A stretch of 64,000 nucleotides of DNA from Chloroflexia bacterium (GTDB lineage Bacteria; Chloroflexota; Chloroflexia; QHBQ01; JADMIH01): assembly GCA_035274425.1 (NCBI GenBank), contig DATEOC010000092.1, positions 3,562 to 67,561 on the forward strand, read 5' to 3'. A model generated the notes under the pieces. That model was not told where the DNA came from, did no database searches, and saw only the letters and a list, made by a program, of their open reading frames with translations. Shown here piece after piece: positions 50,904 to 59,596 of the stretch; position 1 is the stretch's first letter; each line of letters begins with the position of its first letter. The position numbers and the translations under genes are program-made.

Positions 50904-51069
50904 GGCTAATTAGGCCTAGCGACGAAATTTACAACGCTAAGAGGCGCAGAGCACTTTAAGCCTGAATCTGCTGCTATCTACGGCGCGGAGCTTCCCTTAG
51001 GAACTAAGTTCCCTGGTCCCCTAGTTTAGAACCAGCCCAAAGCCAACAAATCGTCGATAATGGAAACTA

Positions 51070-52690
51070 TTCAAAATCGGGGGCTAGAAGTATGTAATCC
51101 TTGCCTGGCAAGGACCCGCTGTAGATGCCGGGGAGCGAACCAGGGGATAGCAACTCGAGAGTAAACGCAAGCAAGTTGCCACCTTCAAAAGTCTAGCCCC
51201 CGATTTTGAATGGTCTCCAAACTGACGGCCAAACTTCCAAAAAGAGCATTCATAAGCCTGTGACATACTGCTGGGGCTAAAGCCCCGCAGCTTCTTGCTT
51301 CAACGCTTCTTGCCACCCACAGGTGGTCTTACAAAAGCTCCACAAGCGTTTACACTCTCCGTGTGCCCCACGGCCAGTATACCTAACTCCCCGGCCCCGG
51401 ACCCTCCCGCCCTGGACACCCCAGACCGTAATATCCTCATGCCTTCTGTCCGTATGTTGTGCGCAGCGTTGATGTCCCGATCATGCACCGTACCGCATTC
51501 GCACACCCACTCTCTGTCTCTAAGGGTGAGATCGCTCTTCAACGCTCCACACATACGGCACAGCTTTGACGATGGGAACCACCTCGATATCTTCACGAAG
51601 TGCTTCCCTTCCCACAAGCACTTGTACTCCAACATACGTACAAAGCTGCCTAATCCTGCATCGTGTACCGAGCGGGCCAGCTTGGTTCTCGCCATACCCC
51701 TCAGTGACAGCTCCTCAACACAGATTGCTGAATTGGACTTGACAAGTGCGTGTGATTGCTTATGCAGGAAATCATTACGCTGGTTGGCCACTTTGCGGTG
51801 GGTGCGGGCTACCACCAGGCGCTGCTTAACCCTGTTGTTTGACCCTTTCTTCTTGCGGGAGAACGAACGTTGTACCCTCCTTAGTTTGCGTGCCGCCCGT
51901 CTCATATGTTTTTGTGAGGGTATCTTCTGTGTCTTGCTGCCGTCTGTGCCATTTGTGACTGTAGCAAAGCTCGCAAAGCCAAGATCGATGCCCACTGTTG
52001 TCTCTGGCCGAGATGGGGCTTTAGCATCAGGCATCTCCACCTGGCAGACCAGGGTGATGTGCCAGTTGCCTGTGCAGTCCCTCTTGAAGGTGGCAGATCG
52101 TGTCTTACCTTCCACTGGACGATGCTGCTTTACTTTTATGTGGCCTACCTTGGGCAGGTATACCTTACCCTTACCCTTACCCTCGCCCTTAGCATCTTGT
52201 GGGTTCAGGACACAGCGTTGAGGGATCCTGAACGATTGGGAAGGGTCCTTCTTACTCTTGAAGTGGGGGAAGCGTGCCCGTTTCTCGAAGAAGTTGAGGA
52301 AGGCCCTATCGAGGTCAGAGACTGCTTGCTGCAGCAGTTGGCTATCTATATCACGAAGCCAGCGAGTCTCTTCTCTCTTTTTGAGGGCGGTAAGCTGTCT
52401 CATCAACTCCCTTCTGGGGAGGGTCTTACCATGGTGGGCGTAATATCCCCTACGAGTGGCGAGTGCCCAGTTGAAGACCCAACGCCTGGCACCGGCATAC
52501 CTACCTAGAGCCATAACTTGCTCGTGGGAAGGGAATAGCCTGAAACGATATGCCTTTTGTACAGTAATCATGCTGGTGATAATTTTAGATATATGGTCTG
52601 CACCTCAGACCCATTATAGCACAAATGTGCTGACAAATCGAGGGATTACACGCTTCCTGTCGTGGGCTTCTGAGGCATGGGAAAGATCAA
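51070..52690 (-). mobile_element. IS200/IS605-family (IS1341-like) element carrying tnpB only, with no tnpA.
   Basis: A tnpB ORF plus a subterminal hairpin 'agcacaaatgtgct' at ~52622 (left end). A 19-bp perfect inverted repeat (51072-51090 / 51193-51212) downstream of tnpB, where a TnpB guide RNA (omega-RNA) or right end is expected. Confidence 0.6.
51300..52571 (-). CDS. tnpB: TnpB (IS605 OrfB family) RNA-guided nuclease.
   Basis: N-terminal 'MITVQKAYRFRLFPSHEQ'. C-terminal zinc finger and RuvC-III 'CRMCGALKSDLTLRDREWVCECGTVHDRDINAAHNI'. Confidence 0.9.
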   Translation of the reverse strand: MITVQKAYRFRLFPSHEQVMALGRYAGARRWVFNWALATRRGYYAHHGKTLPRRELMRQLTALKKREETRWLRDIDSQLLQQAVSDLDRAFLNFFEKRARFPHFKSKKDPSQSFRIPQRCVLNPQDAKGEGKGKGKVYLPKVGHIKVKQHRPVEGKTRSATFKRDCTGNWHITLVCQVEMPDAKAPSRPETTVGIDLGFASFATVTNGTDGSKTQKIPSQKHMRRAARKLRRVQRSFSRKKKGSNNRVKQRLVVARTHRKVANQRNDFLHKQSHALVKSNSAICVEELSLRGMARTKLARSVHDAGLGSFVRMLEYKCLWEGKHFVKISRWFPSSKLCRMCGALKSDLTLRDREWVCECGTVHDRDINAAHNIRTEGMRILRSGVSRAGGSGAGELGILAVGHTESVNACGAFVRPPVGGKKR

Positions 52691-52942
52691 TCATTAGTCT
52701 TGAGATAGCTTAGCCGCGCCTAACCACAGCCCCTAAAAGGAGCGTGCCTTTACCCTTTTCTGAATTTGCTTTGCTTGAACTCTTTTGAGAACTTCGCCTA
52801 GTTGGTGCTGGTCCCCCATCCACTTCTGAGAAGATTACCGTAAGATACTTGACAAACGTAGTATCCTGGGCCATAATTACGATATAAGCGCGACGTTTTT
52901 ACGACGTAATGAAACGGTATCGCAAAGACTGGGGGTGCAGAG

Positions 52943-53395
52943 ATGGTCATAAGACACTACAATACGGAGGCAGCGACAACTGACATAGTTGCTCCCGATA
53001 TGCAGGCCATAGACGAGCGAGAGAAAGCTTTCGCCAGGGCTGTGAACGAAGTACACAGTCAGGCCATGCGCACATCGCCTGTCCAGATGGCACAATCGCT
53101 CAGGGACGCGCTCTCGACACAACTGCTCGCATATATAACCGGCCAGAGTGAGCGCACTGTTCAGCGTTGGGCAAGGGGAGACGTCGGGGATATCAGGCAG
53201 GAGAGCAAGCGCCGCCTGGTTACGGCTTACGAGATCCTGCAGATCATAAACCGCTTTGAGGCACCCGGCGTTGCACAGACATGGTTCATAGGCAGCGAGC
53301 CCCAACTCGATTTCGTCATGCCCGCCAAAGCGTTACGTGAGGACCAATTGGAAGAGGCCCTGGCTGCTGCGCGTTCCTTCGTTGCAGTCGGGTAG
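52943..53395 (+). CDS. Xre/MbcA/ParS-family antitoxin (DUF2384-type C-terminal domain).
   Basis: C-terminal 'AQTWFIGSEPQLDFVMPAKALREDQLEEALAAARS'. Directly upstream of a RES-domain gene. Confidence 0.7.
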   Translation: MVIRHYNTEAATTDIVAPDMQAIDEREKAFARAVNEVHSQAMRTSPVQMAQSLRDALSTQLLAYITGQSERTVQRWARGDVGDIRQESKRRLVTAYEILQIINRFEAPGVAQTWFIGSEPQLDFVMPAKALREDQLEEALAAARSFVAVG

Positions 53396-53428
53396 CCTTC
53401 GGTAACGCCAGGTAGCCAGGAAGTATTC

Positions 53429-54157
53429 ATGAGAACAGTCCATGCCCCGGCTCTGCCGGTGTTTCGGATTGCCACGATCCGGGGAGGCGGGGCGGATGAA
53501 GTCTATGACCCGCCCCCTTTGAGCACTTCTTTTCGAGGTCGCTTCGATGATCAGCGTATCAACGACCCCAACAGGACCTTTCCCAAAAAGCATTGCTATC
53601 GCGTTCTCTACTTTGCGACGGAACGAGCGGGGGCTTTTGGGGAGATCCTGCAGAGACACATACCAAACCCTCAAGCGCTGCAGGATATATTCAGAAATCG
53701 ACCTCCATCAGATCCGCTTCTGCTAGGCGGGCAGGTCAAACAAGCAGAGCTCACCAGGAGGCAAATAGGCGCTACCCGTCTCGACCCCACGCTTCGGTTC
53801 GCTGATGTCATAGCACCGGAGTCCCGCATGGAACTCTACTACACTCCCTCTATCACACCACTCGTGGAACAGTTAGACCTGAACTTCCTGGATGTCAGCG
53901 CGATCACCGGCGACACGAAGGAGCATCGCCAGCTCACGCAGGCAATAGCTCTCCACATCTACAATCTGACCGACGATCAAAGCCAACCGCTCTTCGATGG
54001 TATCCGCTATCTATCGCACGTGAACATGGACTGGGAATGCTGGGCAGTATTCCATGACCGCTTCCGTCACACTCCTGTTTCTACCGAGCCTGTGGACCTC
54101 GGTGATCCTGAGCTACATCGCGCCCTTTCAGCCATCAATGTGAAGGTCATGCCATGA
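53429..54157 (+). CDS. RES-domain toxin (MbcT/ParT-like NAD+-targeting toxin).
   Basis: Conserved R...E...S spacing in 'FRGRFDD...RVLYFATERAGAFGE'. Canonical Xre-RES gene order with a 33-bp gap. Confidence 0.7.
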   Translation: MRTVHAPALPVFRIATIRGGGADEVYDPPPLSTSFRGRFDDQRINDPNRTFPKKHCYRVLYFATERAGAFGEILQRHIPNPQALQDIFRNRPPSDPLLLGGQVKQAELTRRQIGATRLDPTLRFADVIAPESRMELYYTPSITPLVEQLDLNFLDVSAITGDTKEHRQLTQAIALHIYNLTDDQSQPLFDGIRYLSHVNMDWECWAVFHDRFRHTPVSTEPVDLGDPELHRALSAINVKVMP

Positions 54158-54467
54158 GAGCAAAGCACTCACTCGTCCTGGCTTCCAAGCTGCGCCGGGC
54201 GCCTTACATCGCGATTACAGAAGGGTAGCATGAGTCTCGAACTGCTGGCAACCGTGCCTGAGAACCAGCGGATGAGTATGGTAGCCAGTACAGGCAGAGA
54301 GGGCCTTCTGTGTGGCAAAAGGCACGACTCGAAGAGTCCGCATTACCACCATTTATACCACCAAACACATGGACTCGGTGGTACAAAATGGACAATTCAG
54401 CACAGCTTCGTCCCAGTTCACACACAAAAAGGACCCTCTCGGACACAGTAGACGCTCACCAATGTAG

Positions 54468-54512
54468 TTGACATCGTAGGGGTCACTGGTTCAAGTCCAG
54501 TACTTCCCACCA
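54468..54512 (+). repeat. Truncated tRNA 3'-end-like sequence (T-arm, acceptor 3' strand and CCA). Copy 1 of a direct repeat.
   Basis: T-stem ACTGG/CCAGT with loop TTCAAGT, then ACTTCCC-A-CCA ending at 54512. No matching 5' acceptor strand (GGGAAGT) lies within 100 nt upstream, so this is a fragment and not a gene. Confidence 0.5.
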
Positions 54513-54850
54513 ACTAAATAAGCACCAAAAAGCCCTCGGATAGCACTTCCGGGGGCCTTTTATATGCCTGTGAAAGCAAAACAGACAATACTAGCAATCG
54601 GGGGTTTAGCCGTCAATCCTGACAGCAATAGTAAACTGCCTCGTCTTCGTAGCTGGGCAATCTTGACACAACACTCTGAGCATTACTGAGGTGGTGTGCG
54701 TGTAATAGCAATAACCCAAAGTCGTTTTGACGGTGGGATGCATGGCCATCTGTCGGGCGGCATCAGGATTTGCGCTCGCCTCCCTTATGGCAACACCTGG
54801 GCCTGGCCTCTCGCGCTCTTCGGGTGCATTCCGGGTGTGCCGTTTTCGAT

Positions 54851-54862
54851 GGGGGGGGGGGG
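54851..54862. repeat. G12 homopolymeric tract about 140 bp upstream of the DUF4238 gene.
   Basis: The sequence 'ttttcgatggggggggggggaaagctc' is seen directly. Confidence 0.8.
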
Positions 54863-55000
54863 AAAGCTCTCACCGCAAGCGGTGCTGGGCGCACCCTCGC
54901 ATTTTCTTGAATTCAATAGAACGAATGTTTTATAATGGACCTAAAGTAACGGCATTGTCACAATATGGGAGCAGGCAGTGGGAAAGCTGAGGTAGCCACG

Positions 55001-55984
55001 ATGACACCGATCCAACGTCCAAAAGGGCAACATTACTTGCCTCAACTCTACCTTAAAAGGTTCTCTATTCCAGGTGGGAAGAATCAACCTGCTATCTGGA
55101 CATACAACAAGATGAATGATAGTGTGGAAGCCATTGGAATAGGCAACGTCTGCAAGGAGTCGAGTTTCCACGATGTGATAGATGGAGAAGGCAACGCCAA
55201 GTCGTTAGAGTCGAATATAACAGAGAATGAGGTTAGACTTGGTAAAGCATATTACGCATTTTGTGACGATCCAACTTTGGAGGTTCTTTGGTCTAAATTC
55301 ACAGATATTACGACGTATATTGCCTTCCTCATAGCCCGTTCCCGACGATATAGGCAAGTCCTGCACTCTTTTGTGGCTCAGGTTGTTGAGGCGCAGAAGG
55401 GTGTCGGTATAGAATCGATGTGGTCGGGTTTCGATGAGAACGACATTAAGATCAACCACTTAAATCTCATTGGGGAGGAGACTGACAAGATTGTACAACG
55501 GCTAAGCCAGATGAAGTGGGTGATCTGCATCAACAGGACGCCCAGGCGATTCTACACTTCCGATTATCCATTTGCATTCGAGCCAATTACTGAAGAGCGC
55601 ATGCGAGGACAAGGGCTGATTATACCCTCTATCTCTTGGTTGTTGGAGCGGAAAGGGATGAGAATGTACTTCCCTGTTACGCCACGTGTAGCCCTCATAA
55701 TTGGCGACCCTGCTACACATTCCCATATTCCCGACACCATTTCCCTCAGCTTGGGGGACATACTAACAACCGTGCGGACGCTGAATCAAACGCAGGTAAT
55801 TTGGTCGGAGCGATTCGTATTCTCCCAGGAGAATGATTTTTCGCTCGTAAAGACAATGCTCAAAGCAGATGAGTCTCTGCGAAACCCCAACAAACGCCGC
55901 TTCAATGTGAGTGTTAGTTTGAAGACTGGGGAGGCAGAGGGTGGATCGCTCGCTCCCTCGTCCATGCTAATACACACTGGGTAG
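55001..55984 (+). CDS. DUF4238 domain protein (alternative start at 54965).
   Basis: N-terminal hallmark 'QHYLPQLYLKRF' (HYxPQxxLxxF). A GAGGT RBS precedes the ATG at 55001. The region has lower GC than its flanks. Confidence 0.6.
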   Translation: MTPIQRPKGQHYLPQLYLKRFSIPGGKNQPAIWTYNKMNDSVEAIGIGNVCKESSFHDVIDGEGNAKSLESNITENEVRLGKAYYAFCDDPTLEVLWSKFTDITTYIAFLIARSRRYRQVLHSFVAQVVEAQKGVGIESMWSGFDENDIKINHLNLIGEETDKIVQRLSQMKWVICINRTPRRFYTSDYPFAFEPITEERMRGQGLIIPSISWLLERKGMRMYFPVTPRVALIIGDPATHSHIPDTISLSLGDILTTVRTLNQTQVIWSERFVFSQENDFSLVKTMLKADESLRNPNKRRFNVSVSLKTGEAEGGSLAPSSMLIHTG

Positions 55985-56013
55985 TAAGGCAACGATTTAC
56001 GCACTGAATTGTG

Positions 56014-56063
56014 CGTTGGCATAGTAAGGGTCACTGATACAAGTCCAGTGCTTCCCACCCATA
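56014..56063 (+). repeat. Degenerate second copy of the tRNA-3'-end-like repeat.
   Basis: 'gcatagtaagggtcactgatacaagtccagtgcttcccaccca' aligns with 54468-54512 with about 5 mismatches over 44 bp. Confidence 0.45.
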
Positions 56064-56134
56064 ATTTAGGCACGAAGAAGGCACTTCCAATAAGAATGGA
56101 AGTGCTTTCGCTTTCGTCAATTCCGTATGATCGT

Positions 56135-56812
56135 CTACCCTTCAGCGATCAGCAGCCCCGCATCGTCATTTCGGACGCTGTTCACGCGCTGGGAGACCTG
56201 GGCAGCGGCCATCTTCTGAGGCTCATAGGGGGCCAGCAGGTTCATCAGCCTGGAGATAGGCGTCGTGGGGTCGAGCCACATATCTTCCGCGTCGTCACCC
56301 AGGATGACGGGCATACGGTGGTGCAGCCTCTCCATAAAGGTGTTGGCGGATGTGGTGATGATGGTGTAGGTATCGAGTGGGTGCCCTTGAGGGTCGAGCC
56401 ATGTGTCGTACAGGCCGGCCAATGCAAATACCGGCTCGTCTTTGAGGTAAATATGGTACGGCACCTTCCCCTGGCCCGTGTCCTGCCACTCGTAAAAGCC
56501 GCTCACCGGCACGAGGCAGCGCTTTGACTGGAGGGGCTTGCGGTAGGAGGGCTTCTCCAGCACCGTTTCAGCCCTCGCATTGATCATATTGAAGCCGGTG
56601 CGAGGGTCCTTAGCCCAGGAAGGGACCAGGCCCCACTTCATCATCTCTAGGCTGTTATGCCCGTCTCTATTCCCATTCCTGCGCACGACGACGGGCATAA
56701 CCTGGCCCGGCGCGACGTTGTACCTGGGGGTGGCGAGGTCAAGCCTCTCAGAGGTGGCGTTGAACCTGGCAGCCAAACCGGCTATTTCTTTTAGCTCATA
56801 TCTACCGCACAT
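56135..56812 (-). CDS. SOS-response-associated peptidase (SRAP/YedK/HMCES family, DUF159).
   Basis: Starts 'MCGRY' (catalytic Cys2). Also 'RYNVAPGQ', 'MINARAET' and 'RCLVPVSGFYEWQ' align with E. coli YedK. Confidence 0.85.
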   Translation of the reverse strand: MCGRYELKEIAGLAARFNATSERLDLATPRYNVAPGQVMPVVVRRNGNRDGHNSLEMMKWGLVPSWAKDPRTGFNMINARAETVLEKPSYRKPLQSKRCLVPVSGFYEWQDTGQGKVPYHIYLKDEPVFALAGLYDTWLDPQGHPLDTYTIITTSANTFMERLHHRMPVILGDDAEDMWLDPTTPISRLMNLLAPYEPQKMAAAQVSQRVNSVRNDDAGLLIAEG

Positions 56813-57057
56813 GCCATAATTATACCACACATTTGTTCTAAAAACAATCCGTCGTAAGCCCTATCTTTCTCTTTTTCTCATATAAGCTTGTTAATAAAGT
56901 AACAATCTTAAGGCGCTCTTATGGTGGTGCTCCATTCTCTAAGGCCTTCTTAAGTGCGCGCCTGGTAAGATTAGGGCAGAGAGATAAAGAAAGCATCTCG
57001 AACAAAATAACAAAACCAAACACAACAAACAAAACCAGAAGGAGATATAGAAACACA

Positions 57058-57474
57058 ATGAACCTCATATCAAACATCAACAAAGTAATCAGGACACTCG
57101 GCGTTATGGGCATCATGCTTGCCCTGGCAGGCTTCACAGCTTCGGTTGCTCCCTCCGCCTCGGCTGCCTCGGCTCCGACCAGCGTACGCGGCGACTACGG
57201 CGCACTTTCTGTGGCGGTAGGCTTCCAGTATAGCACTTCGGACCAGAACGTGGCCACAGTGGTAGTGCAGAACCGCAACGGCAAGCTGATCGAAAAAGGC
57301 ACCACGAACAGCGAAGGCGTCTACATCGTCAAGATTATGCCCGATGCCTACAAGGTAACTGTGACGGCAGATGGTTACAAGCCTTACAGCCTGGCAGTAA
57401 GGGTGAACTCCAGCCAGACCTCGGAAGTGAAAGTCGCGCTTGAAAGCGACTCAGATCCTGCGGTCCGCCAGTAA
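57058..57474 (+). CDS. Small secreted protein with a signal peptide and a CarboxypepD_reg/prealbumin-like beta-sandwich domain.
   Basis: Signal peptide 'MNLISNINKVIRTLGVMGIMLALAGFTASVAPSASA'. Domain 'NGKLIEKGTTNSEGVYIVKIMPDAYKVTVTADGYKPY'. An AGGAGA RBS precedes the start. Confidence 0.6.
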   Translation: MNLISNINKVIRTLGVMGIMLALAGFTASVAPSASAASAPTSVRGDYGALSVAVGFQYSTSDQNVATVVVQNRNGKLIEKGTTNSEGVYIVKIMPDAYKVTVTADGYKPYSLAVRVNSSQTSEVKVALESDSDPAVRQ

Positions 57475-57502
57475 TCATAAAGACCGAAACTGAACCAAAC
57501 GA

Positions 57503-57545
57503 AAAATGGAAGTGGAACTAAGTTCCACTTCCATTTTTCGTTTTA
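57503..57545 (+). terminator. Rho-independent terminator.
   Basis: 'aaaaatggaagtggaac taagt tccacttccatttttcgtttt' forms an 11-bp stem followed by a T-run. Confidence 0.65.
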
Positions 57546-57634
57546 TATACCCTAATCAGCCAATATGCCTGGGCTTCTCTTGTAATCAGTATCAAACAGC
57601 AGCTCAATAAATCGTGGATAGTTGCTCCCCGCAG

Positions 57635-58636
57635 CTATCCAAAGCAATTTAGTACAGCATCCCAGGCCAGTTCGCTAGCCACGACGGCCAATGCCAGGTC
57701 CGGCAAGCTCGGATTATCTACCTCATTAGTGGTTACGGCCCACAATACATCGCCATCCCTGGGAGTGTTGAACGGCTCAATGGCCCTGCTCATAGAGCCA
57801 TGCACCTGGCGAGCGAACTGCCGCAATGACCAGTCAGTTCCGCGCTCAGTGCTCAGCTTCTGGTTCGTGACTACTATGGTCAAAGTGGTGTTGCCTTGTT
57901 GGGGCACCTCTGGCCTGGTCGCTGGATTCGTACCAGCATCTGCATCGATGCGCTGAGCCAATCCTTCCATGTGACGATACCGCCGCCCGGTCTCAGGGTC
58001 GAGATGGCCTCTGACCGCCATCCCCTGCCTGTCTATGATAGCGCCCACGGAGTTGACCACTGTGAAGACGGCAAGCCTGGTAGGCCCTATCTGGCGGAAC
58101 GCGCCTCCCTGCCCTCCCCACTCCCGCCAGTCGAAGCCCAGGCCCTTCCCTACCGTAGCCGATGCTCCCGCCCCTCGCCTGCCCAGCGGGAATATGCCGG
58201 GCGAGGTGGAGCGTAATGCTGCCCGCAAAGCTGCCCTCCCTAATGCCTGATCTGGATAGATTGCATTCTCCCTGGAGCCGTAATCAAATATGATCCCGCC
58301 CGATACGAGCGGTATGCCGTTCCAGTTGGCATTATGGCCTCTAAGAGCAAATAGCTCTTCGCTGACGCCGGTAGCGGCTGAGAGTCCGAGGAGCGAGCCA
58401 CCAGCGAAGCAGACGGCATCAACTGCCTGGCGCTCGTCGGTGAGCAGCGTCCCGTGGGAGCCGCCACGCACGTCTACCGCTGCCTGCGCTAAAGTCGGAA
58501 AGTAAAAGACGGTACAGCCCGTTGGGCCTTCCTCGTATTCAGCTACGCCGACCAGCAGTGAGGGGAAATCAAAAGTCAGGCCAGGCTCCCCGGAGAAGTC
58601 GGTCCTGACCGTAAGTTGGGTGTTACTATTGTTCAC
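57635..58636 (-). CDS. P1 (formerly S58, DmpA/L-aminopeptidase D-Ala-esterase) family peptidase.
   Basis: 333 aa with 'LLVGVAEYEEGPTGCTVFYFP' near the N-terminus and typical length. Confidence 0.65.
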   Translation of the reverse strand: MNNSNTQLTVRTDFSGEPGLTFDFPSLLVGVAEYEEGPTGCTVFYFPTLAQAAVDVRGGSHGTLLTDERQAVDAVCFAGGSLLGLSAATGVSEELFALRGHNANWNGIPLVSGGIIFDYGSRENAIYPDQALGRAALRAALRSTSPGIFPLGRRGAGASATVGKGLGFDWREWGGQGGAFRQIGPTRLAVFTVVNSVGAIIDRQGMAVRGHLDPETGRRYRHMEGLAQRIDADAGTNPATRPEVPQQGNTTLTIVVTNQKLSTERGTDWSLRQFARQVHGSMSRAIEPFNTPRDGDVLWAVTTNEVDNPSLPDLALAVVASELAWDAVLNCFG

Positions 58637-58821
58637 ATTCTTGTTCCCCTGCTGCTTTGGGATGTTACATTGCCCCTATTGTACATTTACATTGAACACT
58701 CAACCACCACTGAATAATTCAGGTATAATTGCCTTCCTAGAACTCGATATTGCACAAAACAGGTAGGTCCTCGCCAGTGGCGAGTTCTGATGAGATATTT
58801 ACCGTATGTTCGGGAGGCAGC

Positions 58822-59490
58822 ATGAGGGAACAAATGGAACCGCAGCGGCCTGTTGCCCAGGTCTTTTGCCCTAATTGCCGGGGAGGGAACCCGCCTGGGG
58901 CGCTTCGCTGTATGTGGTGCGATGCTTTGTTGGCTGCGTATCCGCCTGTAGCGCCCGTAGCTCCCAGGCGCAATATGACGTGGTGGATCGTTGGGGTGGC
59001 TGGCGTACTGGTTGCGCTGAGTGTCGTTATCTTTCTAATCGCGTTTGGAGGAAGGCGCTCAAGTAATCAAATCGGTGTCTACGGGATGAACGAGACTATT
59101 ACGCTCGGCATCTGGAAGGTGGTGGTCGAGAAAACGGAGCTGGTTCCTGAGATTACAGGGAACAGCACGAGCGACAAACAGGTGGCGGCAGGCCACTATC
59201 TCAAGGTCTACATGACGGTGGAAAACATATACGATACGACGGAGCGACTCAAGCCTTCCGACTACAACGTGCGAGACAGCAACGACATCCGATACCCGCA
59301 CTGTGATCTGCCCGCCTGCTTCACCTACCCTGAGCGTGAGCAGCGCCTAAACCTCAATAGTGAAATGCCACCTCACACCCCAGGCAAAGTCCTTGCTATT
59401 TATGACGTGTTGAAGGGTGCCTCCGGTCTCAAGCTGGAGATGGAGGGGCCATTTGAGCGAGACCGGATAACTATTATCCTGGACAAATAG
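58822..59490 (+). CDS. Protein with a zinc ribbon, one TM helix and a DUF4352-like extracytoplasmic domain.
   Basis: 'CPNCRGGNPPGALRCMWCDA', then 'WWIVGVAGVLVALSVVIFLIAF', then a beta-rich domain. A GGGAGG RBS lies before ATG 58822. The ORF track begins at 58750. Confidence 0.55.
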   Translation: MREQMEPQRPVAQVFCPNCRGGNPPGALRCMWCDALLAAYPPVAPVAPRRNMTWWIVGVAGVLVALSVVIFLIAFGGRRSSNQIGVYGMNETITLGIWKVVVEKTELVPEITGNSTSDKQVAAGHYLKVYMTVENIYDTTERLKPSDYNVRDSNDIRYPHCDLPACFTYPEREQRLNLNSEMPPHTPGKVLAIYDVLKGASGLKLEMEGPFERDRITIILDK

Positions 59491-59596
59491 CTGCCCAGCA
59501 TAACCTAATCGCATTGGCGGCACGCTTCGTGCAACCCCCTGCTCACTTACATCTAATCGCCTCTCTATCGTCTTCTATTTAGAAAGGAGTGAGATT

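Noticed and set aside
50550-50909. 119-aa plus-strand ORF.
   Set aside because: It overlaps the more protein-like minus-strand ORF at 50589-50903 and has lower plausibility. Only the minus ORF was kept, and that at low confidence.
54430-54512. Possible complete tRNA gene ending in CCA.
   Set aside because: Only the T-arm and acceptor 3' strand are present. No complementary 5' acceptor strand (GGGAAGT) or D and anticodon arms can be formed upstream, so it is treated as a tRNA fragment and repeat.
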